A stretch of DNA of 64,000 bases from an uncultured Chthonomonadaceae bacterium (GTDB taxonomy: Bacteria; Armatimonadota; Chthonomonadetes; Chthonomonadales; Chthonomonadaceae), in the NCBI GenBank assembly GCA_963835065.1, contig CAWIEK010000015.1:87053-151052 (forward strand), in the 5' to 3' direction. The notes below the pieces were generated by a model. The model was not told where the DNA came from and ran no database searches. It was given only the letters and a program-made list of their open reading frames with translations. Within the stretch, counting starts at the first letter, position 1; every line of letters begins with the position of its first letter. The translations under genes and the position numbers were made by a program. This document shows positions 42,201 to 52,943 of the stretch, piece after piece.

Positions 42201-42460
42201 CCATGACCAAACAAGTTTGTACCCTGTATCTGAACTCGTGGGATGCCGTTTTGCTCAATCTCGGCGTAAATACGCGCATTTTCCGTCTGCTGTTCCGTCG
42301 TCATCTGCGCGTCTTCAGCAGCCCACTGTTCAAATAGTGCCAGAGTCGGGTCTTTGTGGGCAGGCGGAGAAGACACTGTATCATCGTCATAGGCAACGTT
42401 TACCTTCGCATTTAGGGGTATCTGTCCGGTTACGCTACGGTAGAGGGCGTCAGGAACGTG
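42197..42460 (-). CDS. small acidic hypothetical protein or remnant
   Basis: protein-like DPTLALFEQWAAEDAQMT...; start uncertain; overlaps the PLD remnant. Confidence 0.35.
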   Translation of the reverse strand, partial: HVPDALYRSVTGQIPLNAKVNVAYDDDTVSSPPAHKDPTLALFEQWAAEDAQMTTEQQTENARIYAEIEQNGIPRVQIQGTNLFGHG

Positions 42461-43375
42461 CTGGATGCTGCCGACAAACATGTCCATATTCAGGCGTACC
42501 GCTGGATACTGGGGCTTGATGACCATTTTACGCATCCCAAAGCGCTGGAATTGTGCCGGGACTTGCCTGCAAGTGTTTTGCGTGTTGCCTCCTTCTCACG
42601 CACAAAGAAAAGTATCTTTCACCCGAAGGTCATGCTGTTATCATCCTCGCAAGCGCTGGAGCAGTGTCTGCTTGTTGTCGGCTCTGCAAATCTAACGGCG
42701 TCAGCGCTGAAAAGGAATGCGGAAGCCGTTGTACTCCTGCGTTAGGAAACGGCAGCAGAAGCGCAGGAATTGCTTGAACTCTGGAATTCCGTCTGGCAGC
42801 TTGGCAAATCGCTTTCTAATGCACAACTGGAAGCCTATCGCGCCAATTACGATACAGCAAAGCAGGAGCGCAGTAAACTCGCAAAACTGAAACTGAACAC
42901 CGAAATAGGAGAGGAAGACGTACAAGAGGTTCAGGAGGGTTTACCTGCCGAAACCGAATTGGACGCTTCGCAGGCGACTGTTTGCTGGATTGAGGTTGGG
43001 AAAATTGTTGGAGGGCGTGAATTGGAATTTGTCAGCGCGTAAGCGCCGTTCTTCGGCCTGTCTTCGGCAGACAAAGCGGGTACAACGCGCTCCTTCAACC
43101 TTTCAAACCGTACTTCAGTCACTCTGCGTCTGAAGTATCGTCCGAACGCAATGTGGCGGCTTGAACTTAACAGGCAAGTGCCGGAAGTGGCCGCTGGCTT
43201 GAAAGTTGGCATGGAACGCTCACCATACGTTGCTGTTGTAACGAAAGGACGGCGAAATAGCTTCTCCTTACACTTTCTTCGTGACGACAGCGCCGAGTAC
43301 GCTGATTTACGAGCAAGATCAGCAGCTAATGGAACACTGAAGAAAACCTCCTCACGCTCTTATGGATGGGCTTAA
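42422..43375 (+). pseudogene. PLD/HKD-family nuclease (NgoFVII-like) pseudogene
   Basis: GYATVEGV, FHPKVMLL, VVGSANLT, N.EA; in-frame stops at 42743 (TAG) and 43040 (TAA); 5' end lost. Confidence 0.75.
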
Positions 43376-43387
43376 CGGGCATTTATC

Positions 43388-45015
43388 ATGGCGAAATCAA
43401 AATTGGAATTGGATTGGGTTGACAAAGATGTTTGTCCACGCCTTGAGCCACGCATATTGCTGGAAGACGCGCATTTGTCGTATCATGCGGACTTCCGAAT
43501 GGGGAGCAGTGATCTGTTCGATAACCGGCTCATTTTTGGCGATAACTTGCTCGCTCTGAAGGCGTTGGAGCAGGAGTATACCGGCAAGATAAAATGCGTG
43601 TTCATAGACCCTCCTTATAATACAGGAGCCGCTTTCGCGCATTATGATGATGGCGTCGAACATTCTCTATGGCTGACGATGATGCGGGACAGACTGGAAT
43701 TATTGAAACGTCTTTTATCGCAGGATGGTTCCATTTGGATAACGCTTGATGACCATGAAGTTCATTATGCCAAAGTTATGTGCGATGAAATATTTGGCCG
43801 CTCGAATTTCGTGTCTACCATTATCTGGCAAAAGAAGTACACGCAGGCCAATGATGCCGCCTTTTTCAGTGATAACCATGACTATATCCTTGTGTACGCG
43901 AAAGACAAACCGCATTTTCGACTGAACAAACTTGGACGCAGTGAAAAATTAGATGCCGCTTATAAAAACCCGGATCAATGATCCAAGAGGCCCATGGAAA
44001 GCAACTCCACTCCACGCGAAAAGCGGCAACAACAGTAACTTTCGTTATACGTTTCGTAATGGGGTTGCCTGGTGTCCTCCTGCCGGCACGTTTCCCCGTT
44101 TTAGTCTCGAAACGCTTGCCAGAATGGACGCCAGTAACGAAATCTGGTTCGGCAAGGATGGAAAGTCGGTTCCTGCTCGAAAAACGTTTTTGTCGGATGT
44201 GCAGGGGGGAGTGGTTCCCAAAAGCCTCTGGCTCTTCGATGAGGTAGGACACAATCACGAAGCGAAAACAGAAGTTCAAGCCTTCAATCCGTCTAATCCA
44301 TTCTCTACGCCTAAACCGGAACGCCTGATACAGCGTATCCTTCATCTGGCGACCAATCCCGGTGATTGGGTGCTGGACTCGTTTGCGGGTTCGGGAACAA
44401 CGGGAGCGGTTGCGCACAAGATGGGGCGCAGGTGGATCATGGTGGAGTTGGGCGAACACTGTGATACCCACATTCTGCCGCGCCTGCGCAAAGTGATTGA
44501 CGGCACGGACAAGGGCGGCATTACGGAAAGCGTCTGCTGGCGGGGCGGCGGCGGGTTCCGGTACTACAATCTCGCGCCCTCCCTCCTGGAAAAAGACCGA
44601 TGGGGGCAGTGGGTAATCAGCCAGAAGTACAACCTGGAAATGCTGGCCGAAGCCCTGTGCAAATTGCAGGGATTTACGTATGCGCCGAGTGACGACGTGT
44701 ACTGGCAGATGGGATATTCGACCGAAACCGATTACCTGTACGTCGTGCCGCACAGCCTGACGGCGGAACAACTACAGGAACTCAGCGACGATGTGGGTAT
44801 GGAGCGCAGCCTGCTCGTGCTGTGCAAGGCGTTCAGCGGCGATCCTGACCGATGGGAAAACCTGACCGTTGCGAAAATTCCCAAACAGATATCTGGATAG
44901 CTGCGAGTGGGGGCATGACGATTACAGCCTGCGCGTGGAGAACCTGCCTGGCCCGCCACCCCCGCCCATGCCCGTACAGCAAGCGCTCGATATCGGGGGT
45001 GGTGACGCCCGATGA
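43388..45015 (+). CDS. mod: type III RM methyltransferase Mod (frameshifts near 43975 and 44895)
   Basis: [36 protein letters not shown] overlaps the res ATG. Confidence 0.9.
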
Positions 45016-47683
45016 ACCGCCTTGTCAACACGCTTAGCGCGGCGTTTGAGCCTGCGCGAACCGCAGCGGCGTTCGCTGGAAATTCTGGACCATATTGCCG
45101 ACCTTGCGCCGCCCCGCAAGGACGCCGACATTGAGGCCGCGCTCGACGTGATTCGCGCCGAGTACCCGACCGTGACGGACTTTGAGCGGGAGTTCGTGTC
45201 CCTGTGCTTCGCTCTGGCGACGGGCGTGGGCAAAACGCGCCTGATGGGGGCGTTTATCGCGTACCTGCATCTGGCGCATAAACTAGACAACTTCTTTGTT
45301 CTCGCGCCCAACCTGACCATTTACAACAAACTCATTGCGGACTTTACGCCGGGTACGCCCAAATACGTGTTTCGGGGCATTGCGGAGTTCGCGTTTACGC
45401 CGCCCTCGCTTATCACGGGCGACAACTACGACAAGTTTCAGGGAACCGACCTGTTCGGCGGCGTCCAGATCAACATCTTCAACATCTCCAAAATCAACAG
45501 CGAAGTGCGGGGCGGCAAATCGCCGCGCATCAAGAAACTGTCCGAGGTATTGGGCGAAAGCTACTTTGCGTACCTGTCCGGCCTGGAAGACCTTGTTTTG
45601 CTGATGGACGAGTCGCATCGCTACCGGGCAAGCGCGGGCGTTCGGGCCATCAACGAACTCAAACCCGTATTGGGCCTGGAACTGACCGCTACGCCGTTCG
45701 TGGAAACCAATCGGGGCGCGGTTCCGTTCCGCAACGTGATTTACGACTATCCCCTCAACCGCGCCATGACGGACGGCTTTGTCAAGGAACCCGCTGTGGT
45801 CACGCGCAAAGACTTCAATCCTGCGGGCATGACGCCCGATGCCATTGAACACATGAAACTGATGGATGGCGTGGGCCTGCATGAAAGCGTCAAGGTGGAA
45901 CTGCAAACGTATGCCCGCGAAAGCGGCACGGGACGTTGTAAAGCCGTTCGTCTTGGTCATCGCCCGCGACACGACCCATGCCAGTCAGCTTCTCACTCAG
46001 ATCAAGTCGGATGAATTTTTCGAGGGGCGCTATCGGGACAAAGTGTTGCAGGTGGACAGCAGCCGCACCGGGGCGGAAGAAGATGAGATGGTGGAACGCC
46101 TGCTCAAAGTGGAGGATACTGCCGAGCCGACCGAGATCGTGATTCACGTCAACATGCTCAAAGAGGGCTGGGACGTTACCAACCTGTACACCATCATTCC
46201 CCTGCGGGCGGCCAATGCGCGTATATTGATCGAGCAGAGCATCGGGCGCGGCCTGCGCCTGCCGTATGGCCGACGCGCGGGCGTGGCGTCCGTAGACCGG
46301 CTGAACATCATCGCGCACGACAAGTTTCAGGAGATCGTGGACGAGGCCAGCCGCCCCGGATCGGTGATTCAGTTAAAGCAGATAATTCTCGCCCCCGAAC
46401 AGACGGAGGCCCGTACCGTGACGGTAGTGGCGCAGTCGCAGCTTGAGTCGCGCCTGGGCATTGTGCCTGCCCAATCCACGTCCCAGACGCTGGAAGCCGG
46501 AGCGGATACGCCGCCCGCTTTCCCCCTGCCGGAAGAGCAGGTTGTGGCGCAGATCGCGTATGCGGAGATACAGAGGCGGGAAAAACTGCCGGGTGTGGCG
46601 TCCCTGCGCCTGCCCGAAGTGCAGGCGGCTATCCTCAACGAAGTGACCGCCCGCTATCGCCCCTCGCAGCTTGTGCTGGAAGGAACCGCACAGCCGCCCG
46701 ACCTGGCGGCTGTTGTGGCGAAAACAACGGAACTGGTAATCGAGCAGACTATAGACATTCCGCGTATTCTGGTCGTGCCGACGGGTGAAGTCCGTTCCGG
46801 CTACCGTCCCTTCACGCTGGATGTTGCATCGCTCAATCATCAGCCGCCGTCCGAAGAAATGTGGCTGCAAGACCTGCGGACGAAGAAGCGCGAGATTTTG
46901 GGCATAAACCGGACCGGTACGAACGAGACGCGGCTGGAAGATTATATCGTTGCCGGCCTGATAGACTTCAACAACATTGCCTATGACGATCACGCCGAAC
47001 TGCTGTACGACCTTGCCGAACAGACCGTACAGCACTACCGCGCCTACCTTTCCATAGAAGAAACGGACAGGGTGCTGCAATACTATCAGCGCAGCATCGC
47101 GGGCTTCATTCACGCGCAGATGCGGCAGCACTATTGGGAAGAAGCGGCAGGCTACGAGGTGAAAATCAGCAAGGGATTCACGGCGTTGAAGCCGAGCGCG
47201 TACACCGCTTCCGCAACGGAAACAATCCTCGATTACCGCATATCGCCAGTGGACAAAAGCAACATGGCAAAATATCTGTTCGGCGGCTTTCAGCGCTGTT
47301 TGTATCCCGCGCAGAAATTTCAGGCTGAAGGAGAGCGGAAACTGGCTGTAATTTTGGAACGCGAGTCCTCCCGATGGTTTAAGCCCGCCAAAGGACAATT
47401 CCAGATGTTCTACAAGTCGGGAGTAGAGCAGCCGGAGTACATACCGGACTTTGTAGCTGAAACCGCCGATTGCATCTATATGCTGGAACCCAAAGCCCGT
47501 ACGGAAATGAACGACGCTGTTGTGCTTGCCAAACGCGACGTTGCCGTTCTCTGGTGTCAGCGCGCCGGTGAACACGCGCTCACGTATGGCGGCAAAGCCT
47601 GGAAATACCTCCTCATCCCCCACGATACCATTGCCGAAAACATGACCCTGTCAGGACTGGCAGCCCAATTCACCGTTTCATAG
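45012..47683 (+). CDS. res: type III RM restriction subunit Res (frameshifts near 45035 and 45925)
   Basis: LSLREPQ, ATGVGKT, DESH, LTATP, LKEGWDV, EQSIGRGLR, C-terminal YIPDF...LEPK nuclease. Confidence 0.9.
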
Positions 47684-47856
47684 CCAGAATTACGCGCTCA
47701 ACTCCCGGAAACATCATAGGGAACTGACACGTCGTTACCGGAGATGTGAGCCACACTATTTTGTGAAATTCCCCTGCTTTTTATCGGCATGACTGTCTTC
47801 GTGCCGTTTAGAAGTGAGGTTGATTTGCCATTCATTAAGCATACAGGGAGGTTCGA

Positions 47857-49011
47857 GTGAAACGTTGGATTGGTTTGGCGTGTTTGGGTTTATTAGCAAT
47901 GCCGGGTGGGGCGCAGGAAACGCTGCCGCGACAACAATATACGGGCAGTCTGGAACTGGTTGCCACGTTTAACGGCCCGATGCTGACGGGCGTTACCGTG
48001 TCGAAATCGGGACGTATTTTCGTCAATTATCCGCGCTGGGGCGACAAGGTAGAGCATACCGTCGGGGAACTCAAAGGCGGTAAAACGGTTGCCTTTCCGC
48101 CGGGTATCGCGCAGAAGGCGGATGGGGTGAAGCAGGAAGACGCGCTTGTTTCCGTACAAAGCGTCGTCGTTGACCCAAAAGACCGATTGTGGATACTGGA
48201 TACGGGCAGTCCCATGTTCATGCCCACAACACCGGGCGGCCCGAAACTGGTTGGCGTGGACTTGAAGACCAACAAAATTTTCAAGAAGATTTTGTTTCCG
48301 CCTGATGTCGCGTTGCCGACTACGTACCTCAACGACATACGCTTTGACTTGAAACGCGGCACGGGCGGCATGGCTTTTATTACCGACTCCGCCACAAACG
48401 GCCCGAACGGCATCATCGTGGTTGATCTGGATACAGGCAAAAGCTATCGCCGCTTGAACGATCACCCTTCCACCAAAGCCGAGCCGAATTTTCTGCCGGT
48501 TGTCGAGGGGCAGCCACTGATGCAGCGTGAACCGGGTAAGCCACCTCAATACATGACAATGGGTTCGGATGGTATCGCCATCAGCGCGGACAGCAAAACG
48601 CTCTACTACTGCCCGCTTGCCAGTCGCCATTTGTACAGCGTGAGCGTGGACGCCCTAGCCGATCAAAGCCAAACGGACGATCAGGTTGCGGCGACGGTCA
48701 AGGATGAGGGCGACAAGGGCGGCGGCTCCGATGGGCTGGAAACGGACGCGCAGGGCCGAATCTACGCCACCAATTACGAGCATAACGGCATCCTGCGGCG
48801 ACGATTGGACGGCACCTTCGAGACGCTGGTATTCGACCCGCGCATTTTGTGGCCGGATACCATGTCGGTTGCCGCCAATGGCTACCTGTACTTTACCAAC
48901 AACCAACTGCACCGGCAGGCGCGTTACCACAACGGCAAAGACCTGCGCATGAAGCCCTATTCGCTGCTGCGCATGAAAATCAACAGCAGCGCTGCGACTG
49001 CGGCGAAGTGA
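47857..49011 (+). CDS. major royal jelly/yellow family beta-propeller protein
   Basis: signal peptide, RIFVNYPRWG, SVQSVVVD..DRLWILDTG, LWPDT. Confidence 0.88.
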   Translation: MKRWIGLACLGLLAMPGGAQETLPRQQYTGSLELVATFNGPMLTGVTVSKSGRIFVNYPRWGDKVEHTVGELKGGKTVAFPPGIAQKADGVKQEDALVSVQSVVVDPKDRLWILDTGSPMFMPTTPGGPKLVGVDLKTNKIFKKILFPPDVALPTTYLNDIRFDLKRGTGGMAFITDSATNGPNGIIVVDLDTGKSYRRLNDHPSTKAEPNFLPVVEGQPLMQREPGKPPQYMTMGSDGIAISADSKTLYYCPLASRHLYSVSVDALADQSQTDDQVAATVKDEGDKGGGSDGLETDAQGRIYATNYEHNGILRRRLDGTFETLVFDPRILWPDTMSVAANGYLYFTNNQLHRQARYHNGKDLRMKPYSLLRMKINSSAATAAK

Positions 49012-49367
49012 TTACGATACCTGAACACCGAATACCGAACAACGAAAATCAATGGAACATTGGCGGCTGATATGTCGTACTAATGAATGGTTAACATATT
49101 GCGGAAGGAGATCACGCCGCAATACTCAAGGAGAATGGCAGGCATAGTATCTGCCGTTCCTGTGGTGCGCCGGAGCCTTTGCGCTTCGGCGCTTTTTTGC
49201 GCGTCCGCGTCCTGTTACAGCGGGATTGCAGTCCACGCGGGACTTTTTCTATCTTTCGGCATAGATGTTTTAACCTTGCGGGAGGTGTCGGGCGGAACAA
49301 GCGTCCTGTTTGACACGTCATGCTTGCAGAACAAACCGGACACGCTGTTCGGGGCGGAAGGAGCGCT

Positions 49368-50381
49368 ATGAGCAGAAAAAGCGGCCTGCTGGCACTGGGG
49401 TTTGGGCTTGCGGCGTTTGCCGTCGCCCGCGCCAATGCCCGCAATCGGCGCATTATGAATTTTCACGGGCGCACCGTGCTGATTACGGGCGGGTCGCGGG
49501 GGCTTGGGCTGGTGCTGGCGCGGCAGTTCGCGTCACGGGGCGCGAATTTAGCATTGGTTGCCCGTGATGCCGAGGAACTGGAACGCGCCCGCGAGGAACT
49601 GAAAGCCTACCATGTGGAAGTGCTGACGGTTGCCTGCGACGTGACCGATCAGGCGCAGGTAGAACAAATGGTTGCCCGCGTACGCGAATGTTACGGTGAC
49701 ATTGACGTGCTGATTAACAACGCGGGAACCATACAGGTCGGGCCGATGGAAGAGATGGCGCTGGCAGATTACGAAGAGGCCATGAACCTGCATTTTTACG
49801 CGCCGCTGTACACGACGCTTGCCGTGCTGCCCGATATGCGGCGGCGGCAAAGCGGGCGCATCGTCAACATCGCGTCCATCGGCGGCAAAATCGCCATTCC
49901 GCACCTGCTTCCCTACAGCGCCAGCAAGTTCGCGCTTGTCGGCCTGTCGGAAGGACTGCACGGGGAACTCGCCAAAGACAACATTTTTGTCACAACCGCC
50001 TGCCCCGGCCTGCTGCGTACCGGCAGCCATGTCAACGCCCGTTTCAAAGGCCAGAACCACGCGGAATACACGCTGTTTTCCCTTACCAATGCCGCGCCCC
50101 TGCTGTCTACCCAGGCGGAAAGCGCCGCCACGCAAATCATTACGGCCTGCAAGTACGGCGATGCGGAACTGATCTTTTCCGTTCCCACGCACATTGCCGA
50201 AAAGTTTCACGCGCTGTTTCCCGGCGTAACCGCCGATCTGTTCGGCATTTTGAACAAATTTCTGCCCGGTCCGGGCGGCATAGGAACCCATGCTGCTACA
50301 GGCCGCGACAGCCAATCTATGATCGCGCCCTCCGTGCTGACGGCTTTAAGCGACAGCGCGGTAGGGGAAAATAATGAGTGA
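49368..50381 (+). CDS. SDR family oxidoreductase
   Basis: ITGGSRGLG, NNAG, YSASK. Confidence 0.92.
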   Translation: MSRKSGLLALGFGLAAFAVARANARNRRIMNFHGRTVLITGGSRGLGLVLARQFASRGANLALVARDAEELERAREELKAYHVEVLTVACDVTDQAQVEQMVARVRECYGDIDVLINNAGTIQVGPMEEMALADYEEAMNLHFYAPLYTTLAVLPDMRRRQSGRIVNIASIGGKIAIPHLLPYSASKFALVGLSEGLHGELAKDNIFVTTACPGLLRTGSHVNARFKGQNHAEYTLFSLTNAAPLLSTQAESAATQIITACKYGDAELIFSVPTHIAEKFHALFPGVTADLFGILNKFLPGPGGIGTHAATGRDSQSMIAPSVLTALSDSAVGENNE

Positions 50382-50387
50382 GAAGAG

Positions 50388-50500
50388 AGTAGTCAGTAGT
50401 CAGTAGTCAGTAGCCGTCCTACTTACTACTCTGGTGAAAGTACAAGGCTTTAAGTAGACAGGCATTTCTACTGACTACTGACTACTGACTACTGACTACT
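50388..50500. repeat. tandem-heptamer inverted repeat (AGTAGTC)n ... (GACTACT)n, copy B
   Basis: shared spacer core TAAGTAGACAGGCATTTCTAC. Confidence 0.9.
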
Positions 50501-50519
50501 TTTTAAGGAGCCACTACCT

Positions 50520-51257
50520 ATGTCAAGCACAGACATCAATGTAATCCCCTACGATGATCGGGAAACGGGACCGAACTGGCGCAGCCGGCGTCATACGAAT
50601 GTGGGCGAAGCGGAGCGGTGGGCGTCCATTTTCGGGGGCGCGGCGCTCGTGATTGCCGGGATGCGCAAAGGCAGCGTTCCCGGCCTGACGATTTCCGCGC
50701 TCGGCGGCGGGCTGATGTGGCGCGGGCTGACCGGCCATTGCACCCTGTACGACGCGATGGACATCAGCACGGCGGGCACGGAAGAAAAGGGCCTGCATGT
50801 CGTCAAGTCCGTGACCATCAACAAGCCCGCTGCGGAACTGTATAGTTTCTGGCGCAACTTTGAAAACCTGCCGCAGTTTATGAAGCATCTGGAATCCGTT
50901 CAGGTGGACGACGCCACGCACTCGCATTGGGTCGCCAAAGGCCCGGCGGGCAAACTGGTGAAGTGGGACGCGGAAATCATCAACGAGCGCGAAAACGAAC
51001 TGATCGCGTGGCGCTCCACGGAAAATGCGGACGTGGACAACGCCGGAACCGTCAATTTCAAGCCGGCTCCCGGCGACCGGGGAACCATCGTCAAAGTGAC
51101 CGTGCAGTACAACCCGCCCGGCGGAACCATCGGGGCGCAAATCGCCAAACTGTGGGGCGAAGAACCCTCCATGCAGATCGAAGACGATCTGATGAACTTT
51201 AAGCGCCTGATGGAAACAGGCGAAATCGCTACGACGGAAGGGCAGTCACGGGGATAG
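50520..51257 (+). CDS. DUF2892 plus SRPBCC (cyclase/dehydrase) protein
   Basis: NVGEAERWAS, RGLTGHC, WRNFENLPQFMKH, FKRLMETGE. Confidence 0.9.
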   Translation: MSSTDINVIPYDDRETGPNWRSRRHTNVGEAERWASIFGGAALVIAGMRKGSVPGLTISALGGGLMWRGLTGHCTLYDAMDISTAGTEEKGLHVVKSVTINKPAAELYSFWRNFENLPQFMKHLESVQVDDATHSHWVAKGPAGKLVKWDAEIINERENELIAWRSTENADVDNAGTVNFKPAPGDRGTIVKVTVQYNPPGGTIGAQIAKLWGEEPSMQIEDDLMNFKRLMETGEIATTEGQSRG

Positions 51258-51378
51258 TAGTCAGTAGCGAGTAGTCAGTAGTCAGTAGAACTCCTATACT
51301 TGGAAGAGTCTACTGTGCTGTAAAAGTTTAAGTAGACAGGCATTTCTACTGACTACTGACTACTCGCTACTGACTACT
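51256..51378. repeat. tandem-heptamer inverted repeat, copy C, with a mirrored variant unit
   Basis: 35-bp perfect inverted repeat including AGTAGCG/CGCTACT; shared spacer core. Confidence 0.92.
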
Positions 51379-51394
51379 TCCAAAGGAGATCATT

Positions 51395-51697
51395 ATGTCG
51401 GATCAGAAGAAAAAAGACGGACACCGGACGGAAAAGCAGCATCACGAGATGCACGAGCATCAGAAGGAAATTGAGCATGGGCGCGAGGCGCATGCCCACA
51501 ATCCCGCATCCGATGTGGGGCAGGTGACGTCCAGCCACAGCATGCACGAGCATGGGCTGCAAAACAAGGAAGTCAACAAGCAGCACGAGAAGGAAGTTGA
51601 CATTCACAGCGACGACAAGAACGAGCGGCACACCCACGTTCCCAAAGCGGAGCAGATGGCGCATGATTTGAAAGCGGAAGAGGACAAAAAGGCATGA
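51395..51697 (+). CDS. His-rich hydrophilic protein
   Basis: AAGGAG RBS; 16 His in 100 aa; ATGA overlap with the next gene. Confidence 0.8.
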   Translation: MSDQKKKDGHRTEKQHHEMHEHQKEIEHGREAHAHNPASDVGQVTSSHSMHEHGLQNKEVNKQHEKEVDIHSDDKNERHTHVPKAEQMAHDLKAEEDKKA

Positions 51698-52863
51698 AAG
51701 CGCTTTGTTGGTATGGTAAGCATGATGTGCGCGTGACGCAGGTTCCCGACCCCAAAATCCTCAACCCGCGCGACGCGATTATCAAAATCACCGCAACGGC
51801 CATTTGCGGCTCGGATTTGCACCTGTACGACGGCGTTATCCCCACGATGGAAAGCGGCGACATTCTGGGCCACGAGTTCATGGGCGAAGTGGTGGAATTG
51901 GGCAAGGGCGTCACCAATTTGCAGATTGGCGACAAGGTAGTTGTGCCGTTTACCATTTCGTGCGGAAGTTGTTTCTTCTGCCAAAAGACACTCTGGTCGC
52001 TGTGCGACAATTCCAACCCGAACAAGCGCATGGCGGATATGATGTACGGACATTCTCCTTCCGGGCTGTTCGGGTACTCGCATTTGCTGGGTGGATATGC
52101 GGGCGGGCAGGCGGAATATGTTCGCGTTCCGTTCGCGGATGTCGGGCCGGTCAAAGTGCCGGAAGGCTTGCCGGATGACAAGGTGTTGTTCCTGTCCGAC
52201 ATTTTCCCGACGGGTTATGAGGCGGCGGAAAACTGCAACATTGAGCCGGGGGATACGGTTGCTGTGTGGGGCTGCGGGCCGGTGGGCTTGTTCGCTATCA
52301 AAAGCGCTTACATGCTCGGCGCGGCGCGGGTGATCGCCATTGACCACTACCCGGACCGGCTGAAAATGGCTGCTGACTACGCGGGCGCGGAAACGCTCAA
52401 TTACAACGAGGTGGAAGTGGGCGTCGCCCTGCGCGACATGACGGGCGGCAACGGCCCGGACGCCTGCATTGACGCGGTAGGCATGGAAGCGCACGGCGCG
52501 GCTGTGGACAATCTCATAGACCGGGGCATGCAGTACGCGAAAATCGGCACGGACAGGGCGCATGTTTTGCGGCAGGCGATTATGACGTGCCGCAAGGGAG
52601 GAACCGTTTCGCTGCCCGGCGTGTATGGCGGCCTGCTCAATGCGATTCCTTTCGGCGCGGCTCACGCCAAAAGCCTGACGTTCAAAATGGGGCAAACGCA
52701 CATGCACCGCTACATGAAGCCCCTGATGGAGAAGATCGAAAAGGGCGAAATTGACCCGTCCGGCATCATCACGCACCGCCTGAAACTCGACGACGCGGCG
52801 GAAGGCTACAAGATGTTCAAGGCCAAGAACGACAACTGCGTGAAGATCGTTATGACACCGTAG
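51694..52863 (+). CDS. zinc-dependent alcohol/formaldehyde dehydrogenase-like protein
   Basis: ICGSDLH, GHEFMG, C..C..C structural Zn site, GCGPVG. Confidence 0.92.
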   Translation: MKALCWYGKHDVRVTQVPDPKILNPRDAIIKITATAICGSDLHLYDGVIPTMESGDILGHEFMGEVVELGKGVTNLQIGDKVVVPFTISCGSCFFCQKTLWSLCDNSNPNKRMADMMYGHSPSGLFGYSHLLGGYAGGQAEYVRVPFADVGPVKVPEGLPDDKVLFLSDIFPTGYEAAENCNIEPGDTVAVWGCGPVGLFAIKSAYMLGAARVIAIDHYPDRLKMAADYAGAETLNYNEVEVGVALRDMTGGNGPDACIDAVGMEAHGAAVDNLIDRGMQYAKIGTDRAHVLRQAIMTCRKGGTVSLPGVYGGLLNAIPFGAAHAKSLTFKMGQTHMHRYMKPLMEKIEKGEIDPSGIITHRLKLDDAAEGYKMFKAKNDNCVKIVMTP

Positions 52864-52943
52864 AAAGAAGAGATGGGAACCGCTTTCGTTTGTTTCGTGT
52901 CTTTCGCGGTTCCTATGTCTCCTTTTCTTCTCTTCTTCGCGGT

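Noticed and set aside
42743..43042. Stop-codon readthrough or recoding in the PLD gene
   Set aside because: Two different stops (TAG and TAA) and a lost 5' end; both codons end normal genes in this window.
43960..43990. Phase-variable mod (phasevarion)
   Set aside because: No simple-sequence repeat tract at either mod frameshift; consistent with the window-wide indel errors.
37666..47683. DISARM or BREX system
   Set aside because: SNF2, methyltransferase and PLD are present, but there is no DrmA/DrmB (DUF1998) or PglZ/BrxC; the last gene is a type III Res.
46373..52776. Long antisense ORFs (e.g. 46373-47623, 51604-52776; likewise 8381-9421, 14838-15815, 30251-31450)
   Set aside because: Shadow frames opposite well-supported genes in GC-rich DNA, with no recognisable motifs.
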